Assembly: GCA_016871495.1 (NCBI GenBank)
Contig: VHDF01000020.1
Location: 1-64,000 of the forward strand
From: Verrucomicrobiota bacterium
Lineage (GTDB): Bacteria > Verrucomicrobiota > Verrucomicrobiia > Limisphaerales > VHDF01
Length of the DNA stretch: 64,000 nucleotides
Direction of reading: 5' to 3'
Positions 18,809 through 28,928 of this stretch are shown here, piece by piece (within the stretch, counting starts at the first letter, position 1; each line of letters starts with the position of its first letter). A model generated the notes under the pieces. That model was not told where the DNA came from. It did not search any database and worked only from the letters and a program-made list of their open reading frames with translations. The translations under genes were made by a program, and so were the position numbers.

Positions 18809-19013
18809 CGCGATCAGAAACGCTCGCGAGAGTCCCCGAAACGAACCGGTTCCTTGAAGGAACGGGAAAGGCCGTCGCGGGAAAGGGATGGCGAGGTTCA
18901 CTATGAAAATGTAGGAGGGAGCTCGAACGAGCGCAATTCCAAGCTTTGCCTTTTCCTGCCGCGAGGGATTAGATTGCAGCCTCCTGGCATCCGCGTCCGT
19001 AGGGTGCCGCGCG

Positions 19014-19940
19014 ATGGAAACGCTCATCGAAGACTTTCTTCTTCACTGCGGTCACGAACGCGGGCAGTCGCCGCGCACGGTGAAGACGTACGCCGCTATT
19101 TTAGGGCGCTTTGCCCTGTGGGCTCAGCCTCGAGGCGTGACCGAATGGAAACAAGTTGAGTTGTCCCTCCTGCGCGATTTCATCGGCTTCGAACGGGAGC
19201 GGCCCGCGAAGTCCGAGGGGCGGGGGCGCCGACGCCGCGGACCTTTGAGCACGGAATCCGTTTATCTTTCGATCTCCGCTTTGCGCGCCTTTTACAAGTA
19301 TGCCGAGCGCGAGGGGTTTGTGAGCGGAAATCCCGCACAGCATTTGAGCCTGCCCCGCCGATGGAAAAGGCTGCCGAAGGGGCTTAGTCACGAGGAAATC
19401 AAGCGCCTGCTGGCCCCGCCGGTGGAGCCGGATGCGCATCGGCTGTGCGATCACGCGCTGTTGGAACTCGCTTACGCGTCCGGCCTGAGACTTTCCGAAC
19501 TCTGTGGCATCCGCATGGAACAACTGCATCTTGACGCCGGATTCGTTTCGGTGATCGGGAAGGGGAACAAGGAACGCGTGGTCCCGGCGGGGCGTGCGGC
19601 CATCGGCGCGATCCATCGATACTTGAACGAGGGCAGGCCGAAGTTAGTGCATCCCCGCACTCCGGCGCAGGTGTTTTTGTCCCATCGTGGAGGCAAGATG
19701 TCGCCGGTGACGATGTGGCGGCGGGTCAGGAATGCCGTGCGTCGCGCGGGAATCGAGCGGACGGTGACGCCGCACATGTTGCGTCATAGTTTCGCGACCC
19801 ATCTTTTGGAGCATGGCGCCGATCTGAGGGTCATCCAGGAGCTTCTGGGTCACGCGAGCATCGCCACCACGGAAGTTTACACTCACGTCACGGACCAACG
19901 GCTCAAGGACGTGCATCGGAAATATCATCCTCGCCCCTGA
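19014..19940 (+). CDS. Tyrosine site-specific recombinase, XerC/XerD family
   Basis: SAM-like N-terminal domain, and a catalytic domain carrying RHSFATHLLE..LRVIQELLGHASIATTEVYTHV with the R-H-R-Y active-site residues. Confidence 0.85.
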   Translation: METLIEDFLLHCGHERGQSPRTVKTYAAILGRFALWAQPRGVTEWKQVELSLLRDFIGFERERPAKSEGRGRRRRGPLSTESVYLSISALRAFYKYAEREGFVSGNPAQHLSLPRRWKRLPKGLSHEEIKRLLAPPVEPDAHRLCDHALLELAYASGLRLSELCGIRMEQLHLDAGFVSVIGKGNKERVVPAGRAAIGAIHRYLNEGRPKLVHPRTPAQVFLSHRGGKMSPVTMWRRVRNAVRRAGIERTVTPHMLRHSFATHLLEHGADLRVIQELLGHASIATTEVYTHVTDQRLKDVHRKYHPRP

Positions 19941-19959
19941 CGGGCGAGGATCTTTCGGT

Positions 19960-20847
19960 CTATCTACCTGAAACCCGGCTGGTGGCCCGCTCCTGGAGCC
20001 AGACGACGTCTTTGTTGTTGGGAGTGGAGACGCCGAGCGCGAGCATTTGTCCGCGGCGAAGCTTCGGGATCGTGCGGGCATCGAGCCACTTGTGGATTTC
20101 GGCATGTCCGTCCGCGAAGGAGAATCCCGCGGCGCCATTGTGGTAGCTGGCCGGGAAATCGACGATTTGGGTTTGGGCGGCGTTGGGGAAGCCGCTCATT
20201 TGGGTCACCCAGAAACCGTCGTTGATGCTGTCTTCGCGCTCGTCCAGGAGCACCCATGTTTTGGAAGGACCCGGTTCGTTCATGTCGGAGAGTTTCCGGA
20301 AGACTTTCCAGACTCCTGCGGGCCAGCCATCCTGGCTGGGTCCCGGAAGCCAGGGCAGTTCGCCATTGCCGCCGACGAAGTTATTCATGGCCAGGCTACG
20401 GACGCGCGGGACAGTCTGGCCTTGGAAGGGTCCCGACGAGGGCTTGACGCGGGCAAGGTCGGCTGGGCAGCGCCAGATACCGGCGGCGTTGCCGCAGTAA
20501 GGCCAGAGGGGGCTTTTGTGGAGATCGCGGGTGACGTCCCAATTGGAGGGATTGGAGCCGCTGAGATCGAGAGAGCTGGTCCCGACCCAGCCATGGCGGT
20601 TGCCATAGCCGTGGACGACCTGGTCGGATTGGTCTTCGGCATACATGCGCCAAGCGAGCATCAGCTGCCTGTTGTTATTCATGCACATGATGCCCTGGGC
20701 TTTGGTTTTGGATTTCGAGAGAGCGGGAAGGAGCATGCCTGCCAGGATGGCGATGATGGCAATCACGACGAGAAGTTCAATAAGGGTGAAGCCGGAGCAT
20801 CGCTTGGAGGCGGTGGCATGCCGACGGTGAGGAGAATGTGGTCTCAT
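19960..20847 (-). CDS. Prepilin-type N-terminal cleavage/methylation domain protein with a DUF1559 (H-X9-DG) domain
   Basis: [25 protein letters not shown] motif and a C-terminal '[12 protein letters not shown]' H-X9-DG-like motif. The start could be 20847 or 20874. Confidence 0.8.
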   Translation of the reverse strand: MRPHSPHRRHATASKRCSGFTLIELLVVIAIIAILAGMLLPALSKSKTKAQGIMCMNNNRQLMLAWRMYAEDQSDQVVHGYGNRHGWVGTSSLDLSGSNPSNWDVTRDLHKSPLWPYCGNAAGIWRCPADLARVKPSSGPFQGQTVPRVRSLAMNNFVGGNGELPWLPGPSQDGWPAGVWKVFRKLSDMNEPGPSKTWVLLDEREDSINDGFWVTQMSGFPNAAQTQIVDFPASYHNGAAGFSFADGHAEIHKWLDARTIPKLRRGQMLALGVSTPNNKDVVWLQERATSRVSGR

Positions 20848-21107
20848 AAGCAGAAGGCCATGTTTGAGCTCCATTGGAGCCGCAGTCGTTTCAGGGTCAG
20901 GCTGGCTGAGAATCGCGAGGGTCACAAGCCCTTTGTCATGAAAAGGGGAGGGGGAATGCGGGTCGTTAACATTTTGCCCGGGAGCGCGCCGGGGTCGTCC
21001 TTCGACCCGCCGCGGCACATTGAAAAATCTGGAGGGTTCCGACCTGTCCGCGCGCTGCGGCTGGTCTCCAACACAGCCGCGCTCCCTCAAGGGGAATTGC
21101 TGGAGGA

Positions 21108-22169
21108 ATGCGTCGCGTGCTTGACATGTTGTTCATTCCCACCAACATCGGAGCGATGGCTTCCCTGTTTACGATTCAGGCCGATTTTCGCTACGAAATC
21201 GTGCGCAAGATTTTCGAAGGGGGCATGGGCATCGTTTACGAAGCCGAGCAGCATGGAACGCGGGACTTCGTGAAACGCGTGGCGATCAAAGTGGTGCGGC
21301 AAAGCTATGCGTCCCAGATGATGTTCATCGAGAATTTCATCGGTGAAGCCAAGTTGGTGGCGGATCTTATTCACACCAACATTGTCCAGACCTATCACCT
21401 GGGCGAATCCCGGGGGATCTACTTCATCGCCATGGAACTCATTCGCGGGGTGAATCTGGAACAATTCACCCAGCGGTTGACGGAGAAGCAGGAGCGATTA
21501 CCCGTCGAACTGGCGGTGTTCATCGTGAGCCGGGTGGCAAGGGGACTGGCCTACGCGCATATCAAGACGGACAAGAACGGCAACCCGTTGGGGATTGTGC
21601 ATCGCGATGTGAGTTTCAAAAACATCATGATTGCCTTCGAAGGGGACGTGAAACTGACGGATTTCGGCATTGCCAAGGCCCGGGGATTTTTGCAGGACCA
21701 GGAAGGCGAAGTGGTTGCAGGGAAGGCCGATTACATGAGCCCCGAGCAGGCCGATTTTCAAATTACCGACCGGCGGTCGGATTTGTTCTCCGCCGGTGTG
21801 GTGCTCGCGCATCTCCTGCTGGGGTACAATATTTTCAAGGCGCCTTCCCCGGAGGAGTCGCGGCAGCGCATTCTGCGGCAGCCGATCCCGGACTTCCGGG
21901 CCTTGGATTCGCGAATCGACGACCGGTTGAACGAAATCCTCCAAAAGGCGCTGGTTCGGAATTTGGACCAGCGCTATGCGGTGGCGGATGAAATGCTCTA
22001 TGAGCTTGAGCATTACATTTATCACAAGGGTTATGGGCCGACCAACGAAACACTCGGGCGCTTCATTCGCCGGCTTTATGGCCATGCCGATCCTCCGGCA
22101 TTGGCTCCGGCTCCACGCGGAACCGAGGCGATGGAGCATACGGTGCGAGTGACCCAAAAGCTCTCCTGA
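21108..22169 (+). CDS. Hanks-type (eukaryotic-like) protein kinase with an atypical catalytic loop
   Basis: Gly loop EGGMGIV, VAIK lysine, HRDVSFKN catalytic loop, DFG and SPE motifs. The start may lie at an internal Met. Confidence 0.7.
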   Translation: MRRVLDMLFIPTNIGAMASLFTIQADFRYEIVRKIFEGGMGIVYEAEQHGTRDFVKRVAIKVVRQSYASQMMFIENFIGEAKLVADLIHTNIVQTYHLGESRGIYFIAMELIRGVNLEQFTQRLTEKQERLPVELAVFIVSRVARGLAYAHIKTDKNGNPLGIVHRDVSFKNIMIAFEGDVKLTDFGIAKARGFLQDQEGEVVAGKADYMSPEQADFQITDRRSDLFSAGVVLAHLLLGYNIFKAPSPEESRQRILRQPIPDFRALDSRIDDRLNEILQKALVRNLDQRYAVADEMLYELEHYIYHKGYGPTNETLGRFIRRLYGHADPPALAPAPRGTEAMEHTVRVTQKLS

Positions 22170-22186
22170 GCGAACTCCCGATTCTC

Positions 22187-23107
22187 ATGCCGCGTCCTTC
22201 CCGCAAGGAATCCTCCAGCAGCGTACGCCTGGGCCTTTTGCAACACGCCTGTACGGCGGATCCCGGGGAGAACCTGCGCCGAACCTTTCAACTGGCGGCG
22301 GATGCCGTCAAAGCGGGTGCGAAGATTCTTTGCACGCAGGAGCTGTTCCGTTCTCTCTATTTTTGCCAGAGTGAAGATCACCGGAATTTCGCCCTGGCGG
22401 AATCGATTCCGGGTCCGACAACGGAGCGATTTCAAAAATTCGCCCGCAGGCATCGTGTGGTGGTGATTGCCTCGCTCTTTGAAAAGCGTGCCTCGGGGCT
22501 CTACCATAATACGGCCGTGGTGATTGACGCCGACGGGTCGTTGCTTGGCCTGTATCGGAAGATGCATATTCCGGATGATCCTTTGTTCTACGAAAAGTTT
22601 TATTTTACGCCAGGCGATCTTGGCTTTCGCGCCTGGAAAACGGCGATGGGACGCCTTGGAGTTCTGGTGTGCTGGGACCAGTGGTATCCGGAGGCGGCAC
22701 GGCTGACCGCCTTGTCCGGCGCGGAGATTCTTTTTTATCCCACCGCCATCGGCTGGCATCCCTCGGAAAAGCGGGAGTATGGCGTGAATCAGCATGGAGC
22801 CTGGGAAACGATTCAACGAGGTCACGCGGTAGCCAACGGATGCTACGTGGCGGCCGTCAATCGCTTCGGGTTGGAAACTCCGGTGGGGGGTGACGGCCTG
22901 GAGTTTTGGGGGCAAAGCTTTGTCGCGGGGACATCCGGTCAGATTCTGGCGAAGGCTGCGGTGGGTCAGACGGAGGCCTTGGTGGTGCCGGTGGACCTGT
23001 CCAAAGTCGATGTGACACGGACGCACTGGCCTTTCCTGAGAGACCGCCGGGTTGACGCCTACGGCGGTTTGACCCAGCGGTATCTTGATGCGGCGGCTCA
23101 TCTCTAA
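22187..23107 (+). CDS. aguB: N-carbamoylputrescine amidase (carbon-nitrogen hydrolase family)
   Basis: YRKMHIPDDPLFYEKFYFTPGDLGF, VLVCWDQWYPEAARL and GAEILFYPTAIGW. The E-K-C triad context matches AguB. Confidence 0.8.
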   Translation: MPRPSRKESSSSVRLGLLQHACTADPGENLRRTFQLAADAVKAGAKILCTQELFRSLYFCQSEDHRNFALAESIPGPTTERFQKFARRHRVVVIASLFEKRASGLYHNTAVVIDADGSLLGLYRKMHIPDDPLFYEKFYFTPGDLGFRAWKTAMGRLGVLVCWDQWYPEAARLTALSGAEILFYPTAIGWHPSEKREYGVNQHGAWETIQRGHAVANGCYVAAVNRFGLETPVGGDGLEFWGQSFVAGTSGQILAKAAVGQTEALVVPVDLSKVDVTRTHWPFLRDRRVDAYGGLTQRYLDAAAHL

Positions 23108-23113
23108 AGAAGC

Positions 23114-23974
23114 ATGGACCAGGACAAACCATTGGTGTGGGTGACGGGCGCGCGGGGACTGATTGGGAATTATTTGGTGCAGACCGCGGGCGAAAAGGCT
23201 CCGGGCTGGAGGGTCCGGGGATTGGCTCGCGCCGATGCCGATCTGACTGACTTCGGCGCCGTCGAGAGGCTTTTTCGGCAAGAAGCGCCCCGGTTCATCC
23301 TTCATTGCGCGGCGCTGAGCCGGGGTGTGGAATGCCAGGAGAATCCAGCCCGGGCGCGCTTGCAAAACGTCGAAGTCACGCGGCATCTCAGCCGGCTCGC
23401 GAGCGATATTCCCTTCATCTTCATGTCCACCGACCTTGTGTTTGATGGCAGGCAGGGAGGTTACTCGGAGCATGCGCGGACGAATCCCCTGAGTGTCTAT
23501 GGCGAGACCAAAGCGGAAGCCGAGGCGGTGGTGCTGTCCAACGCGAAGCACTGTGTCGTGCGCACCTCGATCAATGGCGGCACTTCGCCCGCGGCCAATC
23601 GCGGATTCAATGAGGACATGCGCCGCGCCTGGATGGCTGGCCGGTCGCTGACCCTTTTCACCGATGAGTTTCGCAATCCCATTCCGGCGGTGGTCACGGC
23701 CCGGGCGCTTTGGGAGTTGGTGGAACGGTTCGTGCCGGGGATTTACCATCTGGCCGGAACCGAGAAGGTTTCCCGATGGCGGCTCGGAGAATTGATCGCG
23801 GCGCGCTGGCCTCAACTTCAGCCGAAAATCCAGCCGGGCCTTTTGGCCGAATACCAGGGTCCGCCGCGGCCGGCGGACACCTCGATGCATTGTTCCAAGC
23901 TTCAACGGCTCCTCTCTTTTCCTTTGCCGGGTATTTCGGAGTGGCTGGCGCAGCATCCGAACGAAGTCTTTTAG
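23114..23974 (+). CDS. NAD(P)-dependent epimerase/dehydratase family protein (RmlD/dTDP-4-dehydrorhamnose reductase-like)
   Basis: N-terminal VTGARGLIG Rossmann motif, and the Y..K catalytic pair (YGETKAEAE). Confidence 0.6.
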   Translation: MDQDKPLVWVTGARGLIGNYLVQTAGEKAPGWRVRGLARADADLTDFGAVERLFRQEAPRFILHCAALSRGVECQENPARARLQNVEVTRHLSRLASDIPFIFMSTDLVFDGRQGGYSEHARTNPLSVYGETKAEAEAVVLSNAKHCVVRTSINGGTSPAANRGFNEDMRRAWMAGRSLTLFTDEFRNPIPAVVTARALWELVERFVPGIYHLAGTEKVSRWRLGELIAARWPQLQPKIQPGLLAEYQGPPRPADTSMHCSKLQRLLSFPLPGISEWLAQHPNEVF

Positions 23975-23990
23975 CTTCCGTTCAGGCAGG

Positions 23991-24875
23991 ATGTATCGCG
24001 GACGACTGGCGCCTTCTCCGACCGGATGGATGCATCTTGGGCACGCGCGAACGTTCTGGATCGCCCAGGAACGAGCGGTTCAAGCTGGAGGCCGGTTGAT
24101 CCTGCGGGATGAGGATCTGGACCCCGTCCGCAGCCGTCCTGAGTTTTCCGCGGGGATGATCGAGGATCTGCGCTGGTTTGGGTTGCGCTGGGACGAAGGA
24201 CCCGATGTGGGTGGAGCTTGCGGATCTTATCATCAAAGTGAGCGGGCAGCCTTTTACCGGGCCGCGTTGGAGGTCCTCGGCGAGGGCGGTCATCTTTACC
24301 CCTGTCTTTGCTCGCGTCAGGACGTTTTGCGGGCGCTGAGCGCTCCTCACGCGGGTGACCAGGAACCGATTTATCCCGGGACGTGCCGGAATCGGACCCT
24401 GGAATCATCCGGCCTGGGGCGAGGAACACCGATGGCCTGGCGATTTCGCGTGCCCGAAGGACTTGCCCTGGAGTTCGAGGATGGAATTCAAGGACGACAA
24501 CGCTGGGTGTGCGGGAAGGACTTCGGAGATTTCGTCGTGTGGCGTCCCGATGACGTGCCAAGCTATCAGTTGGCGGTCGTGGTGGACGACGCGGAGATGG
24601 CCGTGACCGAGGTGGTGCGGGGGTGTGATTTGCTCGAGTCCACCGCCCGTCAGATTCTGCTTTATCGAGCCCTGGGGCACGCGGTGCCTCGCTTCGCGCA
24701 TGTTCCGCTCATGACGGATGAGAAGGGATTGCGGCTGGCCAAACGACACGCGGCCTTGAGTCTGCGGACGTTGCGTGCGAGGGGTTGGACGCCGGAAAGG
24801 ATCCGGCAGCACTGGGATCGACCCGGCGGGATTGCGGCGATGATGAAGGGGGATGCGGGAAGGGATATTTCGTAG
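23991..24875 (+). CDS. gluQ: Glutamyl-Q tRNA(Asp) synthetase (truncated GluRS paralogue)
   Basis: SPTGWMHLGHA (HIGH motif), YPCLCSRQD, a Zn-binding Cys cluster, and VVDD. At about 294 aa it is typical of GluQ-RS/YadB. Confidence 0.8.
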   Translation: MYRGRLAPSPTGWMHLGHARTFWIAQERAVQAGGRLILRDEDLDPVRSRPEFSAGMIEDLRWFGLRWDEGPDVGGACGSYHQSERAAFYRAALEVLGEGGHLYPCLCSRQDVLRALSAPHAGDQEPIYPGTCRNRTLESSGLGRGTPMAWRFRVPEGLALEFEDGIQGRQRWVCGKDFGDFVVWRPDDVPSYQLAVVVDDAEMAVTEVVRGCDLLESTARQILLYRALGHAVPRFAHVPLMTDEKGLRLAKRHAALSLRTLRARGWTPERIRQHWDRPGGIAAMMKGDAGRDIS

Positions 24876-24886
24876 CGGGAGGGGAG

Positions 24887-25756
24887 TTACCAGCCGCCTT
24901 TGGGATTGGCCAGGCTGTACCAGGCATCATTTGGCCCATCATAATTCGGGGCATTGGGCCAGATCCCGGTGCCGGCCAGGCTTTTCGAGAACCACTTCTT
25001 CATGTTCATGGTGTAGGCCCGTCCGGAAAGATCGCCGAACGTGGCGATGCCGTTCACGTCCTGCAGTTGATCACGGGCCTTGCGGGCATTGGCATGGCGT
25101 TGGGAAATGCCTTCATGGGGTGAGCTGCCCACATCGTTGAAAAGGAAGTCCGACATTTCCGCGGGTCCCTCCCAGACGAGCATCCCGGTGGGCCTCATCG
25201 AGCCAAGCGTGAAGAGGGAGAACGCGGTTTCCTTGGTCGCAGTTTTGTAGTCAATGGAAGCGCCGTTCCAGAGGTAACTGGTGATCTTGATATTCCGGCG
25301 CCGGTAGTCGGCGGCGCCCTTGCCCGTGCCACGTTCGGCGAAATCGCGCGGGCACGTCAGCACACGCTCGTTGCCGATGTAATTCCCAAGCTGGCTTTTC
25401 CTGAAATTCGCGACTTGGTTGGTCCAAATCGCCTCGTCGTTGCGACCGCTTCCGCTGACGATTCCCTTGGCCGTGCACCAGGAGTCTCGCACATCGCAAT
25501 CCCCCCAGCTTGCGTAGGGAATATAGTCGCTGTTGTCGCCCGCGAACACGTGAGAGGCGATCACGATTTGCCGGATATTGTTGAGGTCATTGGCGAGCAG
25601 GGCGCGGTCCTTCGCTTTCCCGAGCGCGGGCAGGAGCATGCCGGCCAGGATGGCGATAATGGCAATGACCACGAGAAGTTCGATGAGCGTAAAACCCTTT
25701 CGTTGAACCCTCCGATGTTCAGCTCCTCCACGTAATTGGAATGTGTTCGTAGGCAT
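24887..25756 (-). CDS. Prepilin-type N-terminal cleavage/methylation domain protein with a DUF1559 domain (second paralogue)
   Basis: [29 protein letters not shown]. The start is at 25756 (MPTNTF...) or 25780. Confidence 0.8.
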   Translation of the reverse strand: MPTNTFQLRGGAEHRRVQRKGFTLIELLVVIAIIAILAGMLLPALGKAKDRALLANDLNNIRQIVIASHVFAGDNSDYIPYASWGDCDVRDSWCTAKGIVSGSGRNDEAIWTNQVANFRKSQLGNYIGNERVLTCPRDFAERGTGKGAADYRRRNIKITSYLWNGASIDYKTATKETAFSLFTLGSMRPTGMLVWEGPAEMSDFLFNDVGSSPHEGISQRHANARKARDQLQDVNGIATFGDLSGRAYTMNMKKWFSKSLAGTGIWPNAPNYDGPNDAWYSLANPKGGW

Positions 25757-25871
25757 GATCGGGTGATTGCGGTCGAACATAGACGCTAGGACAAACGAGG
25801 CAAGCCGGGAATGGGAAAGCCCACTTGTTTCTTGGTTCCTCAGCTCTGGTGAATCATGGTTGGGTCACGGT

Positions 25872-26810
25872 ATGAATGCAAGACAGCTTCCTGGGTCCGG
25901 GCTGATGAGGAATGGGTTGCGGAAATCCGCCTGCCTTGGGTGGGCCATCCGGGTTGGAAGGTTGCCGTCGAGCTGCGAATCCCTCGACGGTTCCCGGGCA
26001 CTTGCCTGCCTGATGGGCACGGTTTTACTCGCCTGCAGTGTTGCCTTCGGTGCGGAGAAGCACAACGGGACCGTCATCCCATTGCCACGAGCCCACGCGC
26101 ACAACGATTATGAACATCCGCGACCTTTGCGGGATGCGTTGGATCAGGGGTTTTGCAGTGTGGAGGCGGACATTTTCCTGGTGGATGGCCAATTGATGGT
26201 GGCGCATGAGCGGGCGGAAATTCGGGAAGGGCGGACGTTACAGAGTTTGTATTTGGAGCCTTTGCGGCAGCGAGTCCAGGCCGGGCGGGGATGGGTTTAT
26301 TCCGAGAAACGGTCGCTCTCGCTCCTCATCGACATCAAGACGGAGGCGGAGTCCACCTACGCCGCCTTGCGCGAAGTCTTGAAGCGCTATGACGACCTTC
26401 TCACTCGATTCGAGGGAACGGCCGTAAACACGCGGGCCGTGACGGCCATCATTTCCGGCAACCGCCCGATCCAAACCATGAGCCGGGAACCGGTCCGTTA
26501 TGCCGCGGTGGATGGGCGGGTGGCCGATCTGGAGGGGGCCTGGCCGCCAAGCTTGATGCCATGGATCAGCCAGAGTTGGCCCAGTTTGTTCAAGTGGCGC
26601 GGGGAGGGCGCAATGGAGGAGGCCGAGGCGCGCAAACTTCGGGAACTTGTGGACCGGGTTCACGCCCAGGGTCGATTGCTCCGTTTCTGGGGGCTTCCAG
26701 ACCAGCCCTCGGTGTGGAAGGTCTTATGGGAGGCCGGGGTGGACTGGATCAACACGGACAAGTTGAGCGAGTTGAGCGTTTTTATGGCCGCGAGGATGAA
26801 GGGGCTGTGA
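25872..26810 (+). CDS. PLC-like phosphodiesterase (TIM-barrel, PI-PLC X-box-like) family protein, probably secreted
   Basis: HAHNDYEH...VEADIFLVDGQLMVAHE resembles the catalytic His-containing X-box of PI-PLC-like phosphodiesterases. There is a hydrophobic N-terminal stretch, and the start is uncertain. Confidence 0.45.
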   Translation: MNARQLPGSGLMRNGLRKSACLGWAIRVGRLPSSCESLDGSRALACLMGTVLLACSVAFGAEKHNGTVIPLPRAHAHNDYEHPRPLRDALDQGFCSVEADIFLVDGQLMVAHERAEIREGRTLQSLYLEPLRQRVQAGRGWVYSEKRSLSLLIDIKTEAESTYAALREVLKRYDDLLTRFEGTAVNTRAVTAIISGNRPIQTMSREPVRYAAVDGRVADLEGAWPPSLMPWISQSWPSLFKWRGEGAMEEAEARKLRELVDRVHAQGRLLRFWGLPDQPSVWKVLWEAGVDWINTDKLSELSVFMAARMKGL

Positions 26811-27135
26811 ACGGCGCGGTCCGGGAGGCGGAGCGCGGCGTTTACGCCGCATCAGGGTGTGACTGCAAGCGGCCATGGCGCGTTCGAGGCGGTTGGATTG
26901 GCGCGCGAACGAACGATTGCAACTTTGGCAGGCGGCGCGGTTCGTCCTCTGCGCATTCTGCGACCTTTGCGCGAGGCAGAAGAAATTCCTCACGCAAAGG
27001 ACGCGAAGGAGGCAGAGGGCACAGAAGAGCCCGGCTAGTCCGCGTCGGTCCCGCTCGATTCGAGGATAGTCATCATCGAGTTGTCGCAGCGCGGGTTGGG
27101 CGGGGCAAGAGTTCTTCGGGAAGGCATGCGGGTTG

Positions 27136-28890
27136 TCAGGGCAACCCATCCAAGATCCGGGCTTTGGCCTCGGCGAGCTGGTCTCCCTCGTAAAACCTGA
27201 GCCGTCCACGCACGGAGACTCGCTGTCCGGGGAGGGCCTCAGGAAGGACCGGGTCGGAATGAATGCAGGGGCAGGGAGGATTGCCCCAAGCGCGTCCGCA
27301 ACGTTCGAAGGCCAGCAATGCATAGCGGTTGGCTTGGGCGGATTTCACGACGGCCAGGGGGGCGGCGAACTCTTTGCGCTCCGCCGTTTGCTCCTCGAAT
27401 CCCGGAGCGCCCTTGAGCATGAGGCAGATTTGGGTCCGCAGCGCCGTCAACCTCGCGGGCGTGCCATTTTCCAACCAGAGGGTGAAATCGGCTCCGTCCC
27501 GAGTGGGGATCGCTTGAGCCCCGAACGTAATGCCATTAGGCAGTTTCCACTCCGATCGCAGCTCGCCTCCCTCGAGCACCTGCCAATCCACGTTGGGGAT
27601 CACCCGGTGCTGATGGTCCCAAATCGTGGGGATGTGGGTATGAGCCAGGTAGGTCAATCCGAGGTTGCTGAAAATGGCTTCGGGCAAGTCCAGCACCATG
27701 TAGCCGCTGTTCTCCCAGGGAGGAAACAAGGAGAGTTTCGTGCCGCGTTGGGGATCGATCGCGCCATCGAGGAAGCCCGTGCGTGGGTGGCGTCCGCCGG
27801 GATAAGGAAGGACTTGAACCAGGCCGGTTGTGACGCGGGAGCCGGTTCCGGCTGGGATTTCCAAACGGGCGGCGCTGGCTTTCGTTTTCTCAACGGACCA
27901 GCCCAACACCTGTGCGGCCTCCTCCCAGCGATAGCGATGGTGAACGATCATGTTGCGAAGCCAGAAGGGCGCTTGAGCCCGGGAAGATTCGATTTCGAAA
28001 GGCAACGGCAAGGAATCGGCTGACCCTTCCGGATAACGGAGGCTGAGGGTGGGATCTTTGGGCAAGCGGTCCCGGTCGATGTATCGATCAAGGTCGCGCA
28101 AGGCGATGACGCGGAAGCCGTGCTGTTTCAGAAACTGGAGGTAATCCCGGAACTGGTCCGGCGCGGTGCTGAGGTCTGGGCGCTGAGCCTCGGGCACGCC
28201 ATGGAATTGCAGCACCACGGCTTTCCCAGGGATGGCGAGGTCCAACACCCTCTTGAGGTATTCGAGGTTCCAAAATGGGGCGGCTTCGGCGGTCGCGGGA
28301 ATGAGCAGCGGATGATGCTGCAGGGGATTGAATGCGGGCCCGATCCCAGGGGAGTTGGGGCGCGATTCGGGCATTTTTCCGCGCCGCCCCAGTCGATAAC
28401 CGAGTTCGTTCAATCGCTCGACGGCTTCCGGTCCAAAAGCATTGGCGCTATAGGCGAAGCTGGTGGGTCTTGGAACTTTGGCCTGTGTGAGGAGGAGTTG
28501 GCGATCCACCAGAGAGGTTTGTCCGGCCAGTCTCGAGGCGCCGCGCGGAGTGGAGAAATCCTCGTGGGACCAACTCTGGTTGCCGATTTCGAATCCCATC
28601 TGGTGTAATTCCGCCACTTCTTCCCATGTCATGGTGTGGTTGGTGGCGTCCATCCAGCGCCGCGTGACGAAGAAGGTGGCTCCGAATCCGAGTTCCTTGA
28701 GCAGGGGTGCGACGAAAGTTCGGTGCGATTTCGAGGCGCCGTCGAACGTCAAAACGACGGTCTTGGCGGGGATCAACTCCGCCGCGTTACCGAGGCAGAC
28801 CCCCAAGATCAACAGCGCGCATTCGATCCATCGCCTGGGCCGCGTTGCCTGGAGGGAAGGAGGCCGAGGGTGTGATGGCCTGGAGCTCAC
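27136..28890 (-). CDS. Polysaccharide deacetylase (NodB homology) domain protein with an additional uncharacterised C-terminal domain
   Basis: TVVLTFDGASKSHRTFVAPLLKELGFGATFFV is the NodB motif-1 region. A possible GTG start at 28890 avoids a 105-bp overlap with the upstream gene; the start could alternatively be 29034. Confidence 0.55.
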   Translation of the reverse strand: MSSRPSHPRPPSLQATRPRRWIECALLILGVCLGNAAELIPAKTVVLTFDGASKSHRTFVAPLLKELGFGATFFVTRRWMDATNHTMTWEEVAELHQMGFEIGNQSWSHEDFSTPRGASRLAGQTSLVDRQLLLTQAKVPRPTSFAYSANAFGPEAVERLNELGYRLGRRGKMPESRPNSPGIGPAFNPLQHHPLLIPATAEAAPFWNLEYLKRVLDLAIPGKAVVLQFHGVPEAQRPDLSTAPDQFRDYLQFLKQHGFRVIALRDLDRYIDRDRLPKDPTLSLRYPEGSADSLPLPFEIESSRAQAPFWLRNMIVHHRYRWEEAAQVLGWSVEKTKASAARLEIPAGTGSRVTTGLVQVLPYPGGRHPRTGFLDGAIDPQRGTKLSLFPPWENSGYMVLDLPEAIFSNLGLTYLAHTHIPTIWDHQHRVIPNVDWQVLEGGELRSEWKLPNGITFGAQAIPTRDGADFTLWLENGTPARLTALRTQICLMLKGAPGFEEQTAERKEFAAPLAVVKSAQANRYALLAFERCGRAWGNPPCPCIHSDPVLPEALPGQRVSVRGRLRFYEGDQLAEAKARILDGLP

Positions 28891-28928
28891 AGGCGAGGGG
28901 AGGAGAGCGTGGGGCTCGGTGCGGAAGG

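Noticed and set aside
22076-23956. 626-aa minus-strand ORF
   Set aside because: It is antisense to the well-supported aguB and epimerase genes, and its translation is low-complexity.
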